DNA of 63,792 bases, counting the filler, from Craspedostauros australis (Eukaryota), in NCBI GenBank assembly GCA_030167865.1. It is 10 parts of 10 records of this genome, joined end to end, with 100 filler letters (N's around TTAATTAATTAA, not from the genome) between each part and the next. Parts side by side here need not be neighbours in the genome. Positions count along the whole stretch, not along the records: positions 23,146 to 52,865 come from JALAGF010000606.1; 9 more parts are not named here. One strand, written 5' to 3'. How positions within the stretch are numbered: the first letter of the stretch is position 1; each line of letters begins with the position of its first letter. Position numbers and translations under genes: made by a program. This document shows, piece by piece, positions 30,986 through 45,500 of the stretch. The notes under the pieces are model-generated. The model searched no databases. It saw nothing but the letters and a program-made list of their open reading frames with translations, and had not been told where the DNA came from.

Positions 30986-33847
30986 TCAAACAATTTGATC
31001 CTCCTGCTGCGCCTCTTCGGCTGTGGCCAACAATTTCACGGTATCGGACTGCACGGGCACGATCTCCTCATCCACCAACGCCACGAATCCACCTGCGCGT
31101 CCCATAGCGGCGTAGTACTTGTCCTCCATGTGATGCGCCAACCCCTTGCCTTGCAACAACGAGTTCACAATCTGCAATTCGCGATCCGTGAAAGTGCGAT
31201 CGATGCCGACGATGCTCGTGATGTCTGATGCTGATACCGTCTTCAACCGATCTCCCACGCGGTTGGCGAGCTTGCCCAGATTGCCGAGCAGCTGCTGATC
31301 TTTCTCATCCTGTTCCGGCGATTTGTTCATCGTGTCTTGCGTGGCCGCGACGATATCGCCGAGCAGCGTGCCTTCCGCCACCGGGCTCGAGGTGCGCTTG
31401 CTGTAATCGCGCACGGAACAGTCGTCGCCGTCACTCTCGCCCTCCACCCAGATGGTGGGATCGGCGTCTTCCTGCGTCGGTTCCACCACGAGGACGGTGG
31501 ATCCACAATGATCGTAATCGACCGACAGCGTGTACATGGTGCGCGGCATGCGCGCCACGATGTCCTGATCATTGACGATGCGGTAGGCCTCGTCGACCTT
31601 GCCGTTCTCGAGGAGACTGTCGAACCGGCTAGTGAATGCGCGGTTACCAACACGAGGACTGCCGAAGTTGTACAATTTCAGCGACTTGGGCCGAGGCGGT
31701 TGTTGCGTGCCGGATGCAATGAGGTCTTGCGATCCCATGAAGGTGCTCTGGATGGCCTTCCACCACGCATCCGATTTCTCGGTCTGAGGCAAAGCGCGTC
31801 CCGCGTCCAGACCAAACTCACCAACATCGGCAACGAAGAGCGTCGCCAACGCACCGCCCAGAGAATGCCCTGTCACCAGCATGTCGTAGTCCGCGAGGGT
31901 CTCGCCTGGTTCCACGGTGGCCAGCAAAAGCTCCTTGAGACGGCGCGAGATGGAGTTCATGGACTTGCGGAATCCGGCGTGCACCTTGGCCGTTTCGGGT
32001 TCCTTCTCGTCCTCGCCTTCCACCCACGGATCCTGAATGATGGAAGCGTCGGTGACGAGATCGATGGGCGTGCACGTGCCGCGGAAACTGACGACGATGA
32101 GCTTCTTTTGCAACGATCGATAGACAGCACAGCATCCGCCAGTCACATCGTGGTTGATGAAGAAGCAATGTTCGAGATCGTTGCCGGCGATGTGGATATC
32201 CTCGACGTCGTCCAGACCGGTGCGTTGCGACAGGTACTTCTGATACAGATCGCCCCAATTGACGCCCGGCAGACCGCCCAGCACTTCGTAACGACTACGC
32301 TCGATGTTGGTTTGGGGAATGGGCAAGTACCGCAACCGCACATCGATGCGGCCCTTGATCTGGCCTTCGTAGAAGCTGCCCGCGATGGCACCGACTGCCG
32401 CACCGGCCGGTCCCGCCAACATGGCACCCGCCGCCGCCGCGGCCATGACCTGTCCATTCTTGTCCTTGATTCGCGGTTTCGAAGACAGCTTGAGCTCGCC
32501 CTCCCAGGCCTGCGTCTGTTCCTTGATCATGCGCGCCACTTCCTGGTCGACATCCTCGGGTTTGAGATCTCCGGATTGGATGCGCTGCATGACGTCCCGC
32601 TTGATACGCTCCGTGAGATCCTGCTGCGACATTCTGGCCAAGGGGATGAGATCGGTGAGCTTGGTGTGCGTGCTGCCCACGGCCGATCCGCCCCCGACGA
32701 CGTCTTCGTCCATGATGGTGAAGACCAACCGCGCCTGCGATGGATCCTGCAGGTAGAGGTAGACGGGATCCTCGTCGGCCCAGACCGCGGCGGCATCGCG
32801 GCCCCAGCCCTTCTTGATGTGGTACGGCAAGGCCTTGCCTTCCTTCTTCTTGGCCGCCTTGCTCTTGTTCTCGTTGACGTTGGCCCACGCTGTGCGCGAG
32901 CGGCTGACGTGCGTGGCACCGCTGAGGTCCAGGACGCCCTCGTGGTACTGCATCTCGAGCAGGTCGACATCCTCCTTCCATTGTCCTTCGACGGCGGCCA
33001 CGAGGAGGTAGGCATCGACGCCGCCGCCCGTCATGACGGATTCCTTGAGATCGTCTTCGTCGGGCAGGCCGGTGCATTTGAGGGGGGTGACCTCGACGAG
33101 TCCTTTGTACAGGTTGCGCGTGTAGGCGGTGGACAGGAATGCGACGTCCATGCCTTTGGACTGCGGGTGTAAGTTGTGGGTATGTTTACCATTGAATGGA
33201 ATACAATAATAGAATAGAATAGAATCGAGGTGAATTGAGTTGGGTTGAGTGGGAAGCAGAGGCGTAGATCGAAAGATTGATCATGAGATGAAGAGCATCG
33301 CAGATAGCGGCTCAAGCACGACCATGACGTCACACCCGCACATGCACGCATGACTCAATCCCTATCCACACGCCAATCAGCAACAGCAATGAATGACAAC
33401 CACACCATACTACTCCTCATATAATAGTGGCACAATAGTAGAGTAGCATAGTACAATGGTTGTACGCACCCCTTTCTCCCAACGTGATGAATTGGAGGGT
33501 GGCTCGGAGTAGGCATCGAATGCCAAGCCAGCACAGAACAGAGCCGTGTCGAGATCGAACTTCTGGCCATTGCTTGATACACTGTCATCATCATTCTCTG
33601 CGGCCAGCCGCGTCGGTGACGACTTTGGTGCATCGAGCAGTCGTTGTGCGTTGATGTGATTTGACGACGGCGACGCAGCGAAGGATGAGACTTGACGCAA
33701 TCGTGAAGTCGCCCATTGATTTGGTGCGAATGCCTGCGCTGAGTCGGCCATCAGGGCAGTTCCCACGCAGAGAGCCGAGGCCATTGCGATGGTGCGCCTA
33801 CTTCTGCGACAGCACATCGATGTTTGGGGTGCATTGGGCTGCGTCAT
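30986..33847 (-). CDS. Class-3 lipase with C2-like N-terminal region, probably plastid-targeted; exons 33470-33847 and 30986-33160
   Basis: IVVSFRGT, VHAGF, VTGHSLGGALA, YNFGSPRVGN, RIVNDQDIV. Signal peptide followed by AQA-FAP. A GT-AG intron (33161-33469) joins WEKG|SKGM in frame. Confidence 0.88.
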
Positions 33848-35256
33848 CTTTTGATCGAACAGAGTAGAGTCTAGTATAGTATAGTGGAGCGGCAGACCTG
33901 AATAGCCGAATAGCCGAGTGCTCGTAGGTCGTAGAGTAGAGCAGAGCAGAGTAGAGTAGAGGAATGATGGATGATCAGTCTCCTGCTGTGCTTGCATTCA
34001 ATGCTTCACAGGCAACAGAAGAGCCCCGTTCTTCCTTTCTGTCAATCAGTGTGTGTGTGCACAACCTGATGATGCGAGGATAGCCGAGTGGAGTACAACT
34101 ATTGCTGTGTCTGTAGAGTACTACTATGACATCATCACTGTGAGCATCATCCATCCACTCCCGGCCTCCTTCGCATCCCTCCATCATCTTGCTTCGCATC
34201 ATCATCCCCCTCGCTTCACTCCATGTGTTTGTGGCATTCTTTGGATTCGTGAAATGCGATGTTCGCATCGTGACGTCAGAAATATCCAATATGACCACTG
34301 CGACTAAATCCACATCCAGTCATACCCGGAAGGCATCCCAGTCACGGTTTTGAGAATTCGCCAAACACAAAACAACACACGAACAAACCAGAGGAGACAA
34401 ACGCAACAAGCTCATTCATTTCCGGATCCGACGAACTGCATTCCACGAAGGTGAGTGCGCAACAGCGATGCAGCAATGAGAGGCACGTGATCAGAGCAAC
34501 AGTGGAGGCAGGCGAAGCCGCTTTCTCGTGGTCATGGAGGAGCAGCATGAATGCCGCCATGGCCTGTTTTGGAGGCGACGGAAGTTTGTTGGATTTGTTG
34601 TGTTGGTGGCATTTTGGCTGCAAGTCTTGCCGACCGTTGGATGGACGATGCGACACAATGTTTCAAAGGGCCATGAGGATGTCGCAATGTAATGCTGCAT
34701 TCGTGGCTGTATGGTGCATAGGTACTGAGTCAGCGCCGCATTCCTAAATTCGGCCCTCGACCCAACGGACCAATGGTAGAGCACGATGACGAGGCAAGAC
34801 GCAATGCGGAAGACAATGACCGAAAGGCACGACACAGGACGGAGCAGCGCGCAGATCCGCCCGCCACAAGCAGAAGACGACCACGATCGTGGGCAAACCA
34901 CGCCAAAGATGCACGCACCAGCACCATTGACATTGCCATCGTGGCCACACACCACGACACACTTGCGCCAAAGGACGCTCCTCAATTCACAAGTATAGCA
35001 CAGCACAGTCCAACACAGTCCAACACTCACCCACTTGTTCACTCACCCCACCTCTGTCCATTCGAAGTCGCAGACTCCTTTTGACCCAGCCAGCAGCAAC
35101 GATCATCCTCGGTATTAGTATCAGTATCAGTGTTAGTATCAGCGTTAGTACAAGTCCAAGCACGACAGAATCCAAAGCGCGCCAAAGTACCAATCCAATC
35201 TCATCATCCCCTTTCTCCAAAGTATAGCATATCATAGCACAGCAGAGCAGAGCAAG

Positions 35257-35904
35257 ATGGCAGCCCGAGTTGACGAAGAATACGACTACCTGTTCAAGAT
35301 CGTGCTGATCGGAGACTCCGGCGTCGGAAAGTCCAACCTCCTGAGCCGATTCACTCGCAACGAATTCAACCTGGAATCCAAATCCACCATCGGCGTCGAA
35401 TTCGCCACGAAATCCATCCAAGCCGAGGGCAAGACCATCAAGGCCCAGATCTGGGACACCGCCGGCCAGGAGCGCTACCGTGCCATCACATCGGCCTACT
35501 ACAGAGGAGCCGTCGGCGCCCTCTTGGTCTACGACATCTCCAAGCACAGCACATTCGAAAACGTCGAACGTTGGCTCAAGGAGCTGCGGGACCACGCGGA
35601 GGCCAACATCGTCGTCATGCTCGTCGGCAACAAGTCCGATCTGCGCCACCTCCGAGCGGTCGAGACCGACGAGGCCATGTCATTCTCAGAGCAGCACAAC
35701 CTCGCCTTCATCGAGACGTCAGCCCTCGATGCCTCCGGCGTCGACACCGCCTTCCAGCGAATCCTCACCGAGATCTACCGCCTCATGAGCCGTCGCAACG
35801 TCGCCGCCGAAGACTCCTCCAAACAGCCCTCCCTCACTGCCGGACAGACCATCTCCCTCTCGCAGGATGGCGACAAGAAGAAGGGGTGCTGCGCATCTGG
35901 CTAG
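35257..35904 (+). CDS. RAB11: Rab11/RabA small GTPase
   Basis: [61 protein letters not shown], and a C-terminal CC prenylation motif. Confidence 0.97.
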   Translation: MAARVDEEYDYLFKIVLIGDSGVGKSNLLSRFTRNEFNLESKSTIGVEFATKSIQAEGKTIKAQIWDTAGQERYRAITSAYYRGAVGALLVYDISKHSTFENVERWLKELRDHAEANIVVMLVGNKSDLRHLRAVETDEAMSFSEQHNLAFIETSALDASGVDTAFQRILTEIYRLMSRRNVAAEDSSKQPSLTAGQTISLSQDGDKKKGCCASG

Positions 35905-36572
35905 AGCAGAGGGTGAGCCTCCACAGTGGCGTAAGCCTGCTCCACTTCAATTGCTTTGGGCTCGACCAAGCACACATCCTTTCCTCCCAACGGAACGTAT
36001 TATACCACACAGCAGAGCATTCTCTCTGCAGAGCGCTCTATTTGCATTCTGCTTGCAGGTGCGGCTGCTCCATCGATACCGTTCCACTCACATGGATTGT
36101 GCGGGGCGTGGTCTAGCCTGAGACCCTCTGTATCAAATACGACACGCAGTACTCAGACAATCACAGTATGTACTAGTACGACACACAATGCAACACACAC
36201 CACTCGTGCAATCACGGTACGAACAATACTATTCTCTATAACCACACTGCAACAAAACACATCTCCACAGTACGTACTATAGAGTTGAGCACAGCACGAC
36301 GATGCGATTGCTGCTCAGGAAATACTGCGGGACGCTGGGCCTGCCGTTGTTCTCACTCGGGGCACGCACATACCAAACAATTCCATGCGACAGCCACATA
36401 AGTGCAGCAGCACGACGTGTCGTAATGCTCTTGGTCATTTGCCAATACATACCAATACATACCATTGCAAGTACGAGTAGTGTGAGTATCATGCTTATTG
36501 TGTAATGTGTTATGTGTAATGTGGGGAAAGCAATTGCATCGAGCAACGATTGCATGCTCTCGGCCGTTGGCT

Positions 36573-39500
36573 TTACTCGTGATCTTCCTTCTCGTCCACC
36601 TTCACGCACTTCTCCTGAACGGACTTGGCCTTGCGGAACTCGAGCTCCTGTTCGGCGTCGCTTCCGAGACCCACCCACGTCGGTGGGGTGTGGGATGCCA
36701 TGGTGGCGATCCATTCGAAGCATTCGTTCTTGGAGGTGCCTTCCGGCAGGATGGGAGAATCCGAGGCGCTGTCCACCAGCTTAAAGTCCAGGTCGAAGGC
36801 TTCTGGCACGAACAGCTTGTTCACCAGCTCGTCCAGCACCTGCTGATCGACTGGCTGCGTCACGCGACCACCGAACACGCCCTTGCGCAAGGTGGAACGG
36901 ATGGCATCCCATGGAAGCTGGCTTGGGTCCATGGTCTTGCCGCCCGCCATGGACTTGATCAACGAATCGATCACGTCCAGACCGTGCGTTGCGTCGGCCT
37001 CGGTGAATTCGTACTTCTCCGACCAACCGCTTGGCACGTACCGCAGCTTCTCCTGGATCACTGCGTGCAACCACGCGAGGAGCAAGTACAGGCGGTTGCG
37101 CATTGGATTGTCGAAGCGGGTCTTGGAAATGCTGGAGAAGAACCGGGCCATGGAGGCCTGGATTCCTGTTGGCGCTTCGGCCACGATGATGTCGCACAGC
37201 CGCAGCAGCGCAGTTGGGAGCTTCGGGCTGATCTCGCTCGTGATGAACAGGCGGAATTCTTCGTGCGTGTTGGATCCCAGCGACTGGAGACGCTTCACGA
37301 AGGTCTCACGCAACCAGTCCGTGCAGAGATGGCAATTCTTGAGCATCACCCAGTTACCGCGCTTCGTGGCAGTCGCGAACATCTTGTCTGCCGTGTCGTA
37401 ACCTTCGGCACTGCCCATGGCCACGGAGGCAATTTCCTTGCCCGTCTCGCGTGCCATGGCCTCGACACGTCCGCTGACGTCGTGGCCAGGTGCGCTGCAC
37501 AGCAGCATCGGCACGACCGATGAAATCTCGGTCTCGGTCACCGCCTGGAGGTCGTTGAGGCCACGGCCCTGCCATGGGAAGTTGGCGCCAAGGACCTTGA
37601 TCTCGCTGATCAATTCCTCGGAAGATGCGACCTCCTTGGTTCCGATCGACTCATCAGATGTGAACAAACGAGCGAGGAGGATGGAGAAGACGATCTTGTC
37701 CTCCGCCATGAGACCGCGAGCGACGCGAGCCGCGACTTCTCGGAACAGCAGCTGCTTCAAAGTGGCGATGATCTCTACTTCGGAACCTGACACTGATCCC
37801 TTGCTCTTGGCAAGCACGTTGGTGAGGATAAGCATGAAGGTGGAGGCGCTGAATTCGTACAGGAAGCTGATCTCGCGAAGTGCGCCGAGCAAAACGAAGA
37901 CCTTGCGGCAGATGATGGCGAACGGTTCGAACCTAGACACCGCATGGTGCACCTGTTGCATGACCTCGTCGCTCTTCGCAATCTGCTCCTCCACTTGCTC
38001 ACCCTCCTTCATCAGCACTTCCATACCGGACACGACCTGGTCGTCATCGAGGATACTGCCCTCGCAGGCGCTGATCTTGGCAAGCATCTGGTCTTCGAGC
38101 TCGCGGAGCTTCACGTTCTGTTCGCCCTGGATCTTGAGCACGGCGGCACGTTGCTCTTCGAGCTCTGGCTTCACGCAGGTGACTACCTGGCTCATACTCT
38201 GGCTCTGCAGGCTGGCAGGCGTCACGGTGAAGTTGACCAATGTCACGCGCGAGCAGATATCGGGTGTGAGCTGCACGGCAGGATTCTTCGTGCTCAAGAT
38301 GATGTTGAACTTGGGACTGTAGTCGATCTCCTCGGTACCGATTCGCACCAAGGTCCGCCCTCCAGTGCGCTGAATCTCCTTGTTCAGCAACGGGTTGAGG
38401 ATAGGGTCGATGTGCTCCACGTTCTCCACAAGAAGCGTGGTTCCAAAACGAACCGCACCGGCAAGCGTCTTCATGAACGCTTTGTCCAAGAAGCTGGTCT
38501 TCTGGATCTTCTCGTCCTTGTGCTTCTTCATCAAGAAGGAGATGGCGTGTCCCGATGGATCGATCACCAGTGGGAAGCGAACGGCGTGATCCAGAATCAC
38601 ACCATTCTCCAGACTCAGTTGGTCGCCTGGAAGACCTTCGGCCTGCCAGTGCAGACGGGCGGAGGCCTTGCTCAAGGACTCCACGATTCCGAGGTCCTCG
38701 CGGTAGTCGATGCCAAGGATGTCCAACGTGTGACGCCAGCGATTCATCATGACAAGCCGGTTCTTGAAGTCGAAGAATCCTGCATACGTGAGGAATCCGG
38801 CCATCAGCAGCGCGTCTCCGACCAAGCTTCTGAGGATCGCCTGGAAGCCTTCCGAGCTCTTCTTCCAACGTTCGCTCTCATGGCCCAGCGACTTCAGCAG
38901 ACTTTCGGCACGGTACACCTTGGTCGTCACTGCCTTCATCTCGCCCTTCAGGGCTTCCACGTCACGAATGAGCACGGCATAGTCAGACTTGTACTGGGTG
39001 ATGGACGCTTCGAGAGACTTGACCTCGCTCTCGGTCTCCTCCTTCTCGTCCTTCACGACCTTCGCCTCCTTCTCCAGTTGCTCCACTTCCTCGCGCAGCG
39101 GTTGGATGCGGTTGTACACGGTGGAGTAACGGATCTGCGACTCGGCCCAGGTGTAGAGAGGACCGCAGGCGCGACTGCTGCGCATGACGCTCTCCGAGTT
39201 GAGCTCCTTGTTACCATCGAGGTACTTGCGTCGCACGAGAGAGATCTGCCTCTCCGACAATTTGTCGGCATCGAAGTTGAGGATGCTTGGGATGAAATCG
39301 CTCTTGCTGAGGATCTTTCGGACATCCGTCCATTCGATCTTGGTCTCTCCCATCATGAGGGCGACACACTCCAAGGTCAGCTTGACATTGACTGGAGGAC
39401 GGGCAAGATTTCTAACTTCGTCGAGATCACGCTTCTTGATTCCACGCACGCTGGTCTGGGCGCTTCGCAATGCTGGTTCGGCCTCGTCAAGGTCGCGCTG

Positions 39501-42500
39501 GGCTTCCTCCTTGCGCTTGTCGATCTCGATCTGCTGCTTCTGAGCTCTGGCAGTCATCAGCTCTGCTTCCTCCTTGCGCTTCTCGGCGGCATTCTGTTCG
39601 GCGACCATTAGCCGAAGCTTCTCGTTGGCAAGGGCCTCCTTCTTGCGGAGCTCGGATGTCTTGATGCCAAGGCTCTGCTTCAATTCAGCCACATTGTCCT
39701 GCGTCTGCGTTAGCTTATCGAGGCCGGCATTGACGTGCAGCTGCTCGTCTTCAACGTCCTCGCGGCGCTTGGTCAAGCACGTCACGAAGTTCTGGATCAG
39801 CGTGAGGTAGTCTCGTGGAGATAGGAACGTGCGGGTGATGCTACTGGCTTCGTGGGAGGCATCTTCGGCAGTCTCCTTGGCGGTGCTGTGAAGATCCACG
39901 AGCGCGGCGACGACTGCTTGACGAAGTCCGCCACCGTTGGTACCTTCGAAGACTTGAGACACCTTCTCCATGAGGACTTCACCGTCCCCGATGCCCCATG
40001 ATCCACCGATAGACTCTGCGTCGCCCATGTCGAGCTTGAGTGTGAACTCCTTGCCGACTTCTCCCATGGCCTTGGCACCCCAGGTTCCGAACCAGTCCAC
40101 CACGCAACGATTGAACAACGCTGGGCTGGTTGTGGAGCGATTCTTCCAGTCGCCTCCACTTGGGTTGACAGTGAACACGACATGCAGATTGCGCTGCACG
40201 ATGGTCGTGAATCGGCGGTACAGCTCCTCTTCACTGTCAAGGATGACGCCGTCTCTGGCTGCGCTGTCACGACAGGCGCTCATCAAGGCGTTGAACTCGT
40301 CACCCTCGAACAGACCAGGGACCTCTCCGCTGGCGAGCAGGGCATTCATGGCCTCGAGGAAGCCCGAGGAGAGGATGTTGCTCTCGTCGAAGATGAAGCA
40401 AACCTTCTCGCCGTCCACGCCAACTCGTCTCATGACGCTTCTCAAGTCCTCGCTGAAGTCTTCCATGCCGTAACGTGAATGCGCCTTGATCTGGAAGATG
40501 TTCAGACCGTTCATCCAGCTGACGAACTTGCTCAGCACGGTCTTTCCGGCGCCGCTGTCTCCGACGAGCAGGAGGTGACCCATCGGCTGTCGCAGCACTC
40601 GGTCGATCCTGAGAATGTGCTCCAACACTTCGTCGAAGATGACGAGAGGAACATCGAGCTCTTCCTCGTAGAAGACGCGAAGTCGTGCGCCGAGGAACTC
40701 CTTGAGCTCCTCGCGCTCCACGCGCCGTGTCTCCTTGCTCAGCCACGATGTGTAGAACAGCGGTCTCTTCAGAGCAACATCGAAGTCAACACCTGCGAAC
40801 CACTTCTGAGCAATGTCGTCGATGATATCGCTGCACCACTTGCGATCGTCCTCGCCGACGAGACGGTCGGAGAAGAGACGGAGACCTTCGTGCGCCCAAA
40901 TACGGCAAAGCTCTTCGCGCGTGACGCCTTGGTCCATGTGCACGATGGCCTCGTAGATTCCACGCACCCAGCGGCTCAGTTCGCGAGGCGAGTAGAAGTA
41001 CTGTGGCTGCTGCGTTGCCTTGAATCGCTGTTGGTTCTCGGTGTACATCTCTACCATGGCCTCGGTCATGGCCTGGGTCTCTCCCTTGAGGTTCGGGAAA
41101 AGCTTCATCATTCCGGCGTTGAAGGTGCTGTAGATCTGCATCAGCGAATCCTTCTCTGGGAAGTCGACGAGGAGCAGGGGCACGTGGCGCATGAATCGGT
41201 GTGACATGTCCACACGGCCAGCGTCGGTCGGCGGGTTGCAGGCTCCGACGAATTGGATTCGGTTGGTCTTCACCCACGTGTTGTCGTCTCTCCAGAAGCC
41301 ACCCTGTTCCACGAGCTGACGCATGAACATGATGACGCGCTGGGTACCGTAGGAATCCTCCTCGGGAAGGTTGATCTCGTCGCAGAACACGACCAGCCAG
41401 CACTGAGCGCCGAGGCTCTCGGAAGGCTCCAGGACGACGTCCTTTCCTCTGCGCACGTATTTGCAGTACTGCTGGAAGACCTTTTGGATGATCTCCGGTG
41501 TGGTCCTGCTTGAGAAGTTCAGGTTGGCAAGGACGACGCCCTGTACGGATTGGAGGACGCTGGTAAGCGTCATGGTCTTTCCGGAACCCGGCGGACCGCA
41601 AAGCACCAACGGGATTCTGCTGTTCAACCAGGCTCCCAGGATCTCCGAATGGCGCACAGTGTCGGTGGTGGTGATGACAACGTCCGTGGCGGAGACACGG
41701 TGGCTCTCGATCTCCATTCGTGGGACGCTGTCGCTCCACAGCTCGTATTCTCCGTCCTCGACACGCACCCTGTAATCGACGAGGCTGTGGCCGTCGCCGG
41801 GTGGTAAGTTGACGCCGCTTGTGCGAAGCAGCATGTCTCCGAATTTCTTTCGGACCTCCCACGATGCACTGCCGACGAAGGACCACATCAGGGAATGGAG
41901 CAGCCAACGCTTGGAGAATTTCTCCAGGTGCTCACCGGCCATTGGGAAGTCGGGGTGATTCTCGTCGTACGCCACGGCGAGGTTGATACCTTGCACGAGC
42001 AGTGCGCGGAACGTGTGGAGGAGACGGTCGCGTCTCGCAGCCATGACGTGGGTTTCCGACATGGCAAACTCAAGAGCATCCACGACGAGGGATGATGTCC
42101 TGTCGGACATGACGAGAGGTCTGATGGCGTTGAGGAAGTGCGTCTGCGCCGGAGGAGTCTCCTCGCCGGTCACTCGGTCACCGACGATGTCCTCCTTGGC
42201 CAGGCTATCCATCAAGAACTGTAAGCACATATCGGCCGTGACAGTCTCTTCGCTGAACCAAACCATTCCGCAGCGAGACACGGTGGCAGGCGTTGCGTAG
42301 TTCAAGCTGTCCACCTCAAGGATGATCCTCATGTTGTTCGGAATGCCCAGACGTTCGCCGCTGGGCAACGTGAGGAGCTTGTTGTCATCGAGGACACTGT
42401 TCAAGTTCTCCGCCCACTCTGGATCGACGTCACCATCGAACACGATCCAATGGCGTCTCTCGGACTCTCCCTTTTGGTTGTCGATGATGCGACGCAGGAG

Positions 42501-45500
42501 GCTTGTGAAGACACCGTCGGTCCATTCGAGCGTGGTTCCATCGAGGGTTCCGTACAGGCGGTCCTTGTCGATCGCCTTGGGATCGATGGTGTACATGTCA
42601 CCCTTCACGCCATCCACCCTCTCCAACGATTCCATGAGCACCTTGAGAGCAGCGGACTTTCCAACACCGACAGGTCCGACCACCATGACTCCGTGGCGCA
42701 TCTCGATGACTTGCTTCAGCTGGAGGACCTTCTGAACGAATCCATCAGATGGAGCATACCCGGTCTCCTCGCAGATCTTGAGCATATGCTCCCTGAGGAT
42801 GTCGTCGTCCATCTTGGAGATCTCGGAGCCTGGGAAGACCCCTTCGAGCACCTCCGCGAAGATGTCCATGTCATCAGCGATGAGCTTTGGAAGCACGTTG
42901 TTGCAGGCACCGACGATGAGCGCCTTCTTTTCTTCTTCCGCGAGCGAGTCTTCGCCGAGCATTCCCTTGCCTTCCAGGGCCTTTCGCTTCAGTGCCCCGG
43001 CGCTCACCAGGAGAGTCTTGAGGGCACGGAGTCCGAAATCGTAGTGCCGTTGCTTGGACATCTTCGCTTCGCAATGCAGGAAGAGATCGACGACCTTCGG
43101 GGCCAACTTTTCGGCAGTCACGATGCCTTGGCTGTAGAGCATGACCTGGGCGATGAGCTTGCGGTCTGGGATGACCATGGCAACGGATCGGAACAGGCTC
43201 TTCAGGTTGTCTGGGAGGTTGCTACGTCCGGCGTATCCAGGATTCATGGTGATGAACGTGGCGACATTCTCGTGCAACTTGATGGATCTGCCAAGCAGGT
43301 CAATGTGGGTCTTGCGCTCGAGCAGACCTCGCTGGATGGTGAGGATCTGCTGACTCACGGCGGACAGGATGCGCTCTTCCAGACGGTTGAACTCGTCGAA
43401 GCATCCCCATGCTCCGACCTGAGACAGACCGGCGAAGATGCGTCCCATGGCACTGAAGTCGAAGGTTTCATCACAATTGAAGACCAGCACGAATCGACCA
43501 AGCTGAGCACCGAGGGCCTTGACTGTTTCGGTCTTTCCGGTTCCGGCTGGTCCGAACGGACTTCCTCCCATTCGGAAATGCAGCGCCTGCGTCAGTGTCA
43601 GGTATGCCTTGTCTGTGAGCGGTGTTTGGACGAGACGTTCTCCGATGCCGAGATATTCGAATCCGTAGAAGAAGGTGGCGTTGGACAACGAGATCATCAG
43701 CTTCTTGGACAGATCCGGCTCCTTCGGGTTGTAGTTGTAGCGCAGATGGTACAGCCAACGGAAATCGCTTGCGGTGGACACGTTGTCGTTGATGAGGTCA
43801 CGAACGACGTCGCGCTGGTGCACGAGCTCAGTGATCATCTGTTCGAACTTCTTGCGATGATCCGGTGGCAACTCCTTGAGGACTGTCTCGGCCATGACGG
43901 ACAGCTTCCATTCCAAGGACTTCAGCTTTTCCTCCAGACCGCTCTTGGCGTCATCGCCGTGTAAGGCCTCGTCGACGCCCATGCTCCAGTTGATTTGAGT
44001 TGCCAGGATCATGACCTGGGCGGGGAACTTCGTGGCCCATTCCACGAACTTGGCCTTGCCTTCCTCGCCTTCCGAAATGCCGGACGACGCGTCTTCGGTC
44101 ACGGCTTGCTCGAGGAGCAACGCGAGGGTGTTCTTCATGTTGGCCTCCAGCTGTTTGAGCCATTCCTTGACGCTCATGCCGTGCATGATATCGATTGGTT
44201 TGTGGAAGGGCACGACCTCGCCATCCTTGCTCACCATGGCATCCAGACGGGTGATCGTGTCCTCAGTCAGGTTCTTGGCGTCATGACGCGCACCGGCGAT
44301 GCCTGCGAACATCTTGGCCACGTGGCCGAGCACCTTGCCTGGCTCGCTGGAGTTACCCATGATCTCGAGCAGATCGTCGTCACCCAGGAAATAGAAACGG
44401 GAGAACTCGCGACGTTGCTTCTCCAAGTACTCGCCGAGAGCCTTTTGGATCACGCTCATGAGGTTGCCAAGACGTTCCAGCGCGCGTTGCAAGTTCTCGA
44501 TGTTGAGGACCTCCATGGCGTACGGTCGATTGGCGATGCGTCTCATGAGGGCGATGAACTCAGAATCGACACTCTTGAATCGAGACCATTCGGCAGGCAG
44601 CTGCGCCTTGATGTCGGAACTTCCGAACAGGATTCCCTCCAGGTACACCCAGCGACGTTGGACGTCGATCCATGAATCGAAGGCGGCACGGAGCTTGGTG
44701 AGGCGTTCCTCCCACAGCTTGCCTTCCTCTTGAAATTCGCGCACTGCTCTGTAGTACGGCGAGCTCTTCATCAGGGCAAGGCCTCCGATGTGATCATCGA
44801 GCTGGGCGAAGAGGTCGTCCCAGCCGCGGATCAGGCGGACTCTGTTCTGGAATAGCACGAGTTCCAACTCCTGCTTCATCCAGCGATCGCGGACCTGGCC
44901 GAGGAAGACTTCGAGGGCCATCTCGCCTTGCGCCACGGTGAGGATCTCACCTAGCTCCTTCTTCCTGTTGAGGGCGCCGTGATCCCACAAGACGCCGATC
45001 GTCAGCTCGGACAGCCCACCCTTGATGCCAAGGCGTTGCAAGATCACCTTCCAGTGACGTTCCTTGAGGGCCTCGCTCTTGAGCTCGGACAGCAAAGAAT
45101 GGCCGCTGATGTATGCCTTGACCTCGTCGTGGAGGTTGTTGTATGCGTCGTACTGGCGGATGCGGTTTGGCAACGATCTCATCTCTGCGAGGAGATCGTC
45201 CAATGCTCTGCGCACCTTGCGCATGACGGCAGAGGACCAGGTGATGTCCTTGATGTTCTGCAGGTTGTCGGCCGGCTTGGTCACTGCCTCCCAGACCTCC
45301 TTGAGCCCCAGCAGTTCCTCGAGGCATTCGGGGATCGCGTTGCTCTGGGCCGTGTGCTCCAACCCAAGAGCGTCCTTGGCCTTGATGAGATTCGCCTGGT
45401 GGGTCTTGGCCTTGTTCAGGTTGAACTCGAACTTGGCCAGCAGGTTCATCGCTTCGGCCGGTGGGAGGTTTCCGCGCAGCGGCTTGTCCTTCTCCCATTC

